From: Catajapyx aquilonaris
Taxonomy: Eukaryota
Assembly (NCBI GenBank): GCA_000934665.2
Contig: JYFJ02000264.1
Location: 124,001-154,651, forward strand
Length of the DNA stretch: 30,651 bases
Reading direction: 5' to 3'
In this document: one piece after another, positions 21,328 through 30,651 of the stretch
Numbering within the stretch: the first letter of the stretch is position 1
Layout of the letters: every line of letters starts with the position of its first letter
Position numbers and translations under genes: made by a program
The notes under the pieces: generated by a model
Seen by the model: the letters and a program-made list of their open reading frames with translations, nothing else
Told to the model about the DNA's origin: nothing
Databases searched by the model: none

Positions 21328-22782
21328 CCTATAAAGAGGAATGACATCATGAGAGAAGCTCTGATCCAAAACTATCCAGCAAGAGAAGGGAGAAGTCAAC
21401 CAAAATGTGGCAAATGTGCACAATGATTCTGACTGTTGCAGAGACCCACTGGCACAACTGTAGCTGGTAAATGGTGCAGAAGCAGCAACATGCAACAGAA
21501 GTAGACATGCCGAGTGTGTAGGGTCTGTTCCACACACCAGTTGCTGCTGTGTCTCACTGGGTTCTGCCATGTCACTGTGTTATTGGTTAATGATTTAAAT
21601 TTAGAAATTTTCATAGGCAACCAGCTGCCTGACCTAAAATCATACAAATTTAACAATTTCAAAGCAGGGTGATGATAAATAAATAAATTGGTAGTGCAAA
21701 GTCTCATGAGGTATGCCATGGATCTTTATTTAGTATATACTGTACATCAGTACATTCAGAGGACCTTATTTTGTTGCAACCCCTTGGTCCATGGGGGGGA
21801 GGTTCCCAAGGAAGGGCACTGTAAAATGGTTTCTAGTCATTTCACACTGTCCTTATGCCAGGCCTTTTCTCCAGGCCCTTGGTAGAGAGGGGAATGCAAT
21901 TCTGCCTGAACACATCAGGTGAAGGGTATAAAGTGATCTGACCAAGCAAAGGTGGCAGGGACTGGATTTGTTTCCTGGACCTTATGCTTGGCTGGCAAGC
22001 AGCACCCACTAGACCACTGTGCCCCCTTAACTCAGAACATGAATATGTCATGCTCTTCTATTCCAATTCATGGTCTGTAGACTTGGGCATTGCATCAACC
22101 TGCATGTAACTTGCAACTCTCTTTGTTGTAGTTTATTATAGTGTTGACTTCCAGTAGGGATGCAATTTTGATTTGGGAGGGAAGAATGCCAAGAAAACAC
22201 TCATGATCAGAAAAAAAATCAGTAAGTGCAAGTTTATGCACAGTCAAGAGTAAAAAATCACGAAGGATGCCTAGTAAAAGTGCTGGAATCCAATGCACTG
22301 GATATAACGTGAATAAAGGTTATTTCCTATATAATCACGAGGAGTCAGCATGGAAAATGAGGTCATTAATGCCAAAATCCATGAAAAGATTTCAATACTT
22401 GATAGTTTGATAGCACAAGTTCCATTGCACTCTCATTATCCTCCTGTCCCACTTCTTGCAAGTGATTGGGTGAAGAATATCTACTCCACTGACATCATCC
22501 AGGTCTCTCCAATCATGTCTCCATATTAATTTGGATGGACTGTCCCAGACCCATGGAGGGACGTTACACATTTTCCTGGACAGTTTTATTATTATTTCTG
22601 AACGTAATTGCACCTCTGCACTTCTATGCAGAATTGAAGCAGAAACAGATAACACTGTTTTGGAGTACTCATTTGACTGATTTGAGGCATATGTGATGCC
22701 AGTTGTTGCTTAGAAGTTATTTTCATGAGTGTGTGTACATTTGAAGTGTAAGCTTATTCAAGCAATATTTTAAATTTTTAAG

Positions 22783-23163
22783 GAATCTGATGCAGCAGCA
22801 TCTCCTGCACCTGTGCCACAAAACACTGTGACCACTCCAGTCGCCACTACCAATGCAGGCTCCTTTCAAATGGAGGCTATCCTGAAGAAGACTGATCCTC
22901 CGGTGAAGAAAGACCTAGGCAGCACCCTCCTGCCTCCCCCTGCCAACAACTCCAGAGGGGAGAGGAGAGGGCCAGAGGAAATGAAGAAGCCATTTAAGTG
23001 TCACGTGTGCAGCAAAGGCTTCCGGGAGTCACACTTCCTGAACAGACATCTCCTCAGTCATACTGGGGAGAAGCCTTTTACATGTCCCACTTGTGGAAAG
23101 GCCTTTACTAGGAAGGACCGTCTGCAGAATCACCAACTCTCGCATCTCAGGGACACCCTGCAG
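22783..23163 (+). CDS. ZF unit 3 exon F, two C2H2 fingers
   Basis: TTTTTAAG| acceptor, frame open from the first base ([10 protein letters not shown]...); internal CAAATGG at 22870; CHVC..HLLSH, CPTC..HQLSH; donor CAG|GTAAGA. Confidence 0.88.
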
Positions 23164-23276
23164 GTAAGAAGTGTCAATTAAGTATTTCAAATGGTCAGCC
23201 TATTGCAGGGGTGGATACATCAAATTTATAATAATACCTTCAATATCATGCATTACTTGTAGGAGTCATACCCTAA

Positions 23277-23567
<291 letters not shown>

Positions 23568-23589
23568 TGACATATTCAGGGTTTTTGTT

Positions 23590-24011
23590 CAGTGCCAGAC
23601 AGAAATGGTGAAGTACTGGTGGTGCCATGAGCTAAAGAGTGAATAGGAATGAGATGTGATAGTCCAAATGACATCACTGTCATATTAGGCACTTGATCGA
23701 AACTGGTTGGAGGGACGGAACAAAAACAGGCAATTCTATTCATTTTTACATCCCTTCAACCAGTTTCAAATGAGTGCGCCCAGCCATTGACGTCACAAGT
23801 ACCTGGTGTCCAACAAGAATTGTCGCAGCGGCAGCACACGAACTTCAGTCTCTCGTGTCGCTGTGCTAGTAGATTGTAGTTCGTGCGCTGCCGCTGCGAC
23901 AATTCTTGTTGGACTGATAGTACAATCACATTTAATTCATCATTTGAATTTGCACCTTTGCCACTGCGGCTCGTGGTGCCACTACTACTTGACCATTTCT
24001 GTACGGCACTG
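23590..24011. mobile_element. Tc1/mariner-type MITE with long TIRs and two internal hairpins
   Basis: CAGTGCCAGACAGAAATGGTGAAGTA... versus ...TACTTGACCATTTCTGTACGGCACTG|TA; internal inverted repeats at ~23687-23776 and ~23799-23923. Confidence 0.8.
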
Positions 24012-24350
24012 TACCATCAGTCCAAAAAGAAGAGGGACAATTCTTTTTGAACTGTTGATACAAGATAGGGCTTGTTATGACATAACATACATCAGTTTGC
24101 TTTATTTCTGCAATAATGTGGGGGATAAAAGCTTAGAAGCACTTCAGCAAAATGTCAGGTTCCACCTGGCTTGGCATGTTGCAGCAACTATTCACTTTCT
24201 TTTATTGATCCAATTGTTATTGCACTATAGTGTTGGTAAATTATTATCAGAGTAGACACAGTTGCACATGATGGAGACCTAATATCCTGCGTTATTTAAC
24301 CTGTAGAAAATATAAACATAATTTGACTCTCTTCTTATTCGTTCCATCAG

Positions 24351-24692
24351 GTGTGTGAAAAGACATTCATCGACAAGTACAACTTGAACAGGCATTCAGT
24401 ATCACATACGGGCGAGCGCTCTCACATCTGTGAATTTTGTGACCGGGGATTCATCCGCAAGGAGCAGTTGCGTGCACATGTAATGGTCCATACAGGCCAG
24501 AAGCCTCATGTGTGCCAATTCTGTCAGCGCGGCTTCATCAAGAAGGCTCACCTTCAGGTGCACCTTCGTACCCACACAGGCGAGAAGCCGTATGGGTGCC
24601 AGGTGTGTGGGAGGGCCTTCAGTAAAATGAGCAATGCCAAAAAGCACATGGCTGTTCATGCTAAGGATATGGTTGGGGTTGTCATTGGCTGA
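24351..24692 (+). CDS. ZF unit 3 terminal exon H, completes the split finger plus three more
   Basis: CTCTCTTCTTATTCGTTCCATCAG| then VCEKTF completes CQ|VC; TGA at 24690-24692. Confidence 0.92.
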   Translation: MCEKTFIDKYNLNRHSVSHTGERSHICEFCDRGFIRKEQLRAHVMVHTGQKPHVCQFCQRGFIKKAHLQVHLRTHTGEKPYGCQVCGRAFSKMSNAKKHMAVHAKDMVGVVIG

Positions 24693-26157
24693 CATCTGTG
24701 GAAGAGAAGGAGGAAGAGGAGGATCAAAGTCTTTGCTCAGAATGCTCTTGCAGGACACCTTTAGCACAAGCTTGTTACATCCAGTTGGATGTCCGCAAAA
24801 AATTTGAAGCAATTATTACTCGAGACTATTAGAAAAGAGAGGCGCACCTAGAATGCAATTGTGACCTCCTTACTTCTTGATATCATCTCACGTTTGTATA
24901 GCAAGCTAATGGAGTCAACAATGTGACAAGTGGAATACCGGATGTAATAACTAGCTCACATCTTCATCCCAGTAATTATTTCCACCAGTGAAATTAGTTT
25001 GTAAGGACCAGTGTAATGTTGGGGGGATGTGGTGATTAGTAAATTGTAAAATTTTATGACGACGAACTGGTGTTGAGGCTCTTAGACTTTGGGGTGGATG
25101 ACCCGTCCACAGGTACTGAGTAGAAAGGGGGCCACTAGCAGAAGTATTACGGGCCAGCAGAATATGCCATTACGAATTAACAAATCAGTTGGTGGTACCA
25201 TTGTTCACTTTTCCAAATCATATTTGTGAGTTTGCATTTGCTGGCCATATTTCTGTCCTATTTTTGTCCTAGATTTGGCCCTTTTGTGTGAGTACTTGGT
25301 AAGAAAACGTTGGGCTTAAGCTGAGTGCCCAGTATATCAAAAGACCCCTTTAAACTGCCACCACTGTCTGTCCCTTTTCCTAAGAGCCATCATCCTCATA
25401 ACAATGAGCTGCCATTACCACATGGGTGCTGCAAGAGCAACTGCAGCACAGGCACTTTTAGATTCCGGTACGAATTTTTAAGGTGCACAATAATTCGCTG
25501 CAGATGCATCGATTGATAATGAATGTGCAGACTGCGGATCACTCTTGATGATTATGATGTACAAAAGCGAAAGTGAAGAGCCATGCCCAGGATAAGCATT
25601 CATGGAACTAAAGTAACATTTTGTAAAATGTACAAGGAACTGTCACTCCTAAATTACATACCATGACTAGGTACTATGGCACAATGTTATTGCAGACACC
25701 GTCACTTGGATTTAGTATTACAGCGTTTGGTTTGGTTTATTAGGCAGGACCCAAAGCAACTATGGGTATTGTATTGGAGTGTCTGCAGATATATTGTACC
25801 AATAGTGCAGTTATTGTACGATTGGTTATATGGCTCATCCTTGTTCTGGGTGCTCTGAATTCAAATGCCTAAACGCAAACAATTACAGTATGTGGAATAG
25901 TGATCTGAAAGGTGTGGAGATATTCCATTAAGCCTGAGAAATGCAGTGTTAAAACCATGGATTCATTTGGGGAACTGCATTGCACAAATTGGAAAAAAGG
26001 TTGTAGGTATCTATCCCATATGCCATTATTTTCAATATGTACAGTACCATATAGCTCAAAAAGATGGAACCTAATGCAAAATCATCTCCATTTTTTAACA
26101 ACATAGTACAGTACTTCTGTTTTAAATACTTTTGCCACAATGTCGATTATAAGGTTC

Positions 26158-26325
26158 TATAGTTGTCCCACCCTAACTTGCCATTGAGGACATTGTTTTG
26201 TTTACCAACTCCTAGTCAATGAAAATGTGATTTCTGATTTTTGTAATATCTGGCAGATTTCTGTTGACTATTAGTTGTAAAACAAAACGAGGATATCAAT
26301 GGCAAGTTAGGGTGGACCAACTATA
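26158..26325. mobile_element. MITE-like foldback, about 60-bp imperfect arms
   Basis: TATAGTTGTCCCACCCTAACTTGCCATTGA... and ...TCAATGGCAAGTTAGGGTGGACCAACTATA. Confidence 0.8.
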
Positions 26326-28120
26326 CCATGGAAATTGCACTGTTCAAAATATGAGCTGGAATACCCTGACTCGGTGTCTTGCACAATTTTATGTGCATTC
26401 CCTGGATTTAACTTCCCGTGGTTACTTAACAACTGGTTTCTCAGGTGGCAGTATATTTTACTTGAATTGGTATAAAACGAGCCTTCAGTTAGTAATTGAA
26501 GGAATCAGTGCAATGATACATTTGTGTGTTTTCATGCTTCCACTGAGAGAATCAACTTCAATGAAGTTTTTATCCTGTAACAGGGGCCTGTTTGAAGCAG
26601 TAACTCTGTTGCAAAACTGTTTTTACACACTCAGAATGTCGTCCTTCCAACATGGGTTAATATTTTCCTACTCCCAGCTTATATTAAAACATAAGCATAT
26701 GGACTGTGACATGATGGTGGATTCAGCCATGATGGCTGTCCACCCCCTTTATTTCTGAATATTTTATTTTTTACAACGTTTTACAACTTGTACAGCACAG
26801 CTTAAATGGAAACACACAACTTGTTATTGCAGCCACTCAAAGATAACTACTAGTAGAAATATATTCCCATAAAGTTTACATATTCAAGGTGTTGGAATTC
26901 ATTGGTGAATTTATGAGTACTCGTTAGACAGTTTTTGAGTTATGCATGTGTAGCATAAAGTCAGCGGTCTGTTTAGTACTCGACTTTCACCAGTGAATAA
27001 TTGTGCCCTTGGTTCATCCAATGTGTAAGTTTTGTGCAAATCTTCCATTTCTACTTGGTAATTTCTCATTTTAAGTTGCAACAACTTGATACTGATGGAA
27101 AGAGAGCTCTTTTTTCCAAGCACCCTATAGTTGCCTTTGTAGAAGTTCGAGGAGTTGAGAGTTGTTTTCTGACATGTTGGATATCTTGTACTGGTATTTA
27201 TAAAACCAGGAAGGAGGAGGTCCCAAGAAACAGCATGACACTACAGGGGAGGTCTGGTGTATCTGGGTGCTGTTCAACAGTGCGTTAAAATCAGTGAGAA
27301 GAAATTGTGTACGCATGGCATATGAAATATTGTATTTTGTAGCTTTTGGATCTGAGTGTGTCAAAATACCTTTCCATTATTGCATTTAGCGAATAATTTT
27401 TATCACATTGAGTTTGTTGCGAAGTGACAATTACACGATGATCCTATCCTTTAGTTCCAATATTAAGTATTCCTGATATATGCAACTATGTTATTAGCTA
27501 ATTACAACTGGTATATTTTCACAATGTAGAACTGATAAATACAGAGTAACATAACAGTCAAGAATTTTTAAAGGAGATGATATTACATCGTATTTCATAC
27601 AATAATAGACTTGTACAGTTCTGTAGCAGCACATGGGTTATTTTTCTAACATTGTACCTTTTCACATAAAAGAGCAACTGTGCACAACCATGTAAGGATG
27701 ATTAAATTGTTTATTATGTGTATTGACATTATTTATGAGTAATGATTTTACCCGTTAATCCAACATTCACCACACCTTCTTGTGATTCATAGTGTGGGCT
27801 GATTTGCAATCAGGTGCAAATAAGATATGCAGGTCAACTAGTTGATAGCACAAATACCAAAAACTATGATTTGCAACCAACTGGAATGTTACTTGGCCCG
27901 TTTCTGAATTCAAGAAGTGGGACTCAGGGAATGGGGGCATAGCATGAGTGATATTAAAATTATGGGTGCCTGAATCTGCTTTTTTCAGGACCTACTGGGC
28001 AATTGTTGCACACACAATTTTAATTTCCAGATTTGTGCAACTTCATGCGGTTGCATTTCTTTGAGAGAGGGCAATCACAGGAGTGCTGTACATTCAGTAT
28101 AACGGTAGCAGATGTTCATA

Positions 28121-28133
28121 TTTGGTAAGGTAT

Positions 28134-28164
<31 letters not shown>

Positions 28165-28238
28165 TTCTACTAGAAGGTCTCGAGACCTGTTTTGGGGGGA
28201 CACATACACCCAGTTTCTCATGTTATTTTGGTAAGGTA
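28121..28238 (-). mobile_element. Short LINE/SINE 3' tail with (TAAA)n and 12-bp TSD
   Basis: TTTGGTAAGGTA at 28121-28132 and 28227-28238; the insert has (TTTA)8 and the palindrome AGGTCTCGAGACCT next to the tail. Confidence 0.75.
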
Positions 28239-28496
28239 GGTAAGTGATGCTTATGGGTGCAATATTTATCTACACTGAAGTGGCCGCACAATCCTCCAAG
28301 GAATAGAAGGAATGATTTACCAAATATGTAATAATAAATGAGTTAGGTAGGGTCCACATGTTTGTGTAGCATACATAGTAAAGAGAAATATATTGACTGA
28401 CAACTTTTCCAGCTTTTACTCATGAGGTTGATGAATTAACACCATAACCATTTTTCCTCAATTTTATTTCATTTGGCTGCTGCCTTTGTGAGGACT

Positions 28497-29721
28497 CACA
28501 GTAGGCCAGGTGGACGGATCCATAATGTCAAAAACTGCGACTTTTAACAATCGGATAGAAATATATGCCATCTACAAAACCTGAGGACCTTTCCCTTCAG
28601 TTCTGTAAGTAACCTGATATGCATGAGCGCCAGAAAAAATTAAAACTCTGGGAAGATTTTGAGTGTCTGAAATTGCTAATGAAATTCTTCATGTTTGATG
28701 ATTTTAATGTGGAGAAAATTACTGATATACAGCAAAAAATATTGGCTGAATACGACATATTGGTTCCTTTTAAGTAATGGTAAATTGAATATGACTTCAA
28801 TGTTGGAGATTTTGATTAAGAAAAATATGGCGGTGCAGATTAATGACCGGCTCTTTTTCACGTACATTGTAAACTTTTTTTAAAAAAGGTCCCAAAGATT
28901 CCCCTGGGATTTTACTGTCACAAGCGCACAAGGGTGAGAAAACTTTAGGGAAGTGTGTGCAACAGTTTTCCTTAGCACAATTGCCCCTTTTTGAGATCTC
29001 GCACCATCAACACAACCGTGCGAAATGCGTCAGAGGGCTGGGGAGGCACGCCCGGCCGCGGCCGGGCTCTGAACTTTGGTAGTTTGTGTGCAAGTGCAGT
29101 AAGAGGCTAGACGTTGTTTGAAAATCTTCCGCAGCTGACAACAGCCATAGGTTAGTGTTCGCAAAATGTGCATGCATGCAGTTATACAGTATTATATTAG
29201 TTATCGCTGATTACATTGGGATGTCATTATTACACTTGCGATATATAGGGATGGCTGGCTCAGAGGAGAATTACACTGCGTCTCCTTTTACCAAGAGAGA
29301 GATGATTGACCTTGTAATGTCGGCCCAAAGTAGAAGAGATGGCGTAAAACTCGGTGTTCAACGGGTTTTAGGGTGGGCAAACCCAGCTACTTCTGAACAG
29401 GACGTATACCGCCTCACTGTTTCACTTCGCACCCTCTTGGTCAAATTCAAGTCGAAGTGGGAGGCTTGCCATAGACTAAAGAGTCGTTTTGAAAATAAAC
29501 ATAAGAAATATATGGACAGCTTCTTTCGAGTGCCGCGCGCCTGTCTTCCGGTCACTACCATGTCAACTATTTCGGCTGCAGAAGCATCCACAAGTGCCTC
29601 TGAAATTGCACTTCCCGAAGCATATGATAACGAGCCATCGTCATCATCATCATCGGCTCAGTCCGTGGGCATATGTCGTCTTGATTGCGAAGAAAAATCA
29701 GAGCGGTCCAAGAGACTCAAA
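28497..29721 (+). mobile_element. Left portion of a Transib DNA transposon (no right TIR seen)
   Basis: Terminus CACAGTAGGCCAG; AT-rich subterminal region; GC-rich promoter-like zone at 29015-29070; transposase N-terminal ORF downstream. Confidence 0.75.
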
Positions 29722-29745
29722 TGGAGTCCACTGATAAAAGACTGA
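29251..29745 (+). pseudogene. Truncated Transib transposase N-terminus (164 aa)
   Basis: FKSKWEACHRLKSRFENKHKKYMDSFFRVP and GICRLDCEEKSERSKRLK match the recalled Transib pattern FKxKW...RF..KN..WL..P and GRPxKxFxExSERSKRRK. Similarity stops at ~29721. Probable 5'UTR intron 29151 (GTTAGT) to 29248 (TAG). Confidence 0.75.
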
Positions 29746-30554
29746 TGTCACTTTTCTTGTAACAGTATGGTAGGTGGGTTATGGCATAATGAGGATCGTG
29801 CAGAAAACCCTCTTTCATTAATCACTTCCTCACATTCAGGTTACAGCTCCGTATGTTCGTAAGAACTGCCTGGAGAACCATCTTGAAAGAACAACAAAAG
29901 GTGCAGAGAAGAATGGATGAAGGAATGACAGCACCATCATCACCAGCAGGATCACCAGAAATCTACATCCAACTGATCCAAGTCCGACAATGCAGATTGA
30001 CTGGCGTGGGAATTAGTCAGACATAAATGATGGACAACCTAACAATTTTGATTTTATTTATATTTAAGAGCTTGGTCAATGTACTATTGGCAGTTCATTC
30101 AACATGTCCACTTTTTAATATAAAGAAACCAAATTTTTCATCGAGTTACTAGTGTTTCAAGTCTTGGAGTGAAGGGAAGCCTTTGGGAAGGCCCAGCTCT
30201 ATAGAGATAGTAAAATATTAGTATGAAAGAGATCTCTTTTCATTTTAATACCATTATTATATCTTCCCAGAAGATCCAACCCACCACCTCGCAAAATTAA
30301 ATTACTCCAAAGAACCCATAATCCCCATGAGACGGAGTTTAAAAAAAAATCTGCTCTGAGGGTAAATGAAGGTTGTTTATTAGCAAGCATCAATGTGACA
30401 GGTGACTGGCTGACAACAATGACCACTTGTCGACTCCTCCATCTGGTTTGCGAGGTCATCTCATCGGTTGTTCCTGTGAAGATATAACAAGATGAACCCA
30501 AACGACTATATAATGGCACTTTGAATCATGTCAAATGTAATGACTTATAACCAA

Positions 30555-30651
30555 CTAGCAGGATACCCGGCGTTGCTCGGGTTATGAAATACTTTTCCAT
30601 AGGAGTGACCCATTGATTTGGTAGTAATCTTTGCAATAATTATGGCTATAC
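30555..30651 (-). mobile_element. Helitron 3' terminus (element extends beyond the right edge)
   Basis: Minus strand reads ACCCGAGCAACGCCGGGT (hairpin) ATCCTG CTAG|T, the canonical Helitron 3' end. Confidence 0.8.

Noticed and set aside
30199..30519. 106-aa minus-strand ORF
   Set aside because: Non-ATG start, no recognisable motif or convincing splice context.

Overview
Eukaryotic, most likely arthropod, genomic DNA with GT-AG introns and many decayed transposons. No prokaryotic features were seen. Left end, minus strand: (i) a signal-peptide ORF running off the window edge that the ORF track misses, resembling a divergent ionotropic-receptor N-terminus; (ii) a multi-exon Tre1/Moody-like class A GPCR with substituted activation motifs and a 1-bp frameshift in TM6. 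Centre, plus strand (~4-25 kb): three C2H2 zinc-finger exon groups (14, 7 and 8 intact fingers), each with its own stop exon and each preceded by a CpG-richer island. The simplest reading is three tandem paralogues, but a shared acidic SUMO-motif exon spliced to alternative phase-0 finger cassettes (lola-like, no BTB) is also frame-compatible. Several finger exons have a donor a few nt after an acceptor (microexon or poison switches). Mobile DNA: tRNA-derived SINE, deleted pogo/Tigger element, Harbinger-type and Tc1/mariner-type MITEs, two tiny TSD-flanked retroposon tails, the left part of a Transib with an RSS-like end, and a Helitron 3' end. All gene models were hand-derived from splice signals and reading frame; family names come from motif recognition, not database searches.
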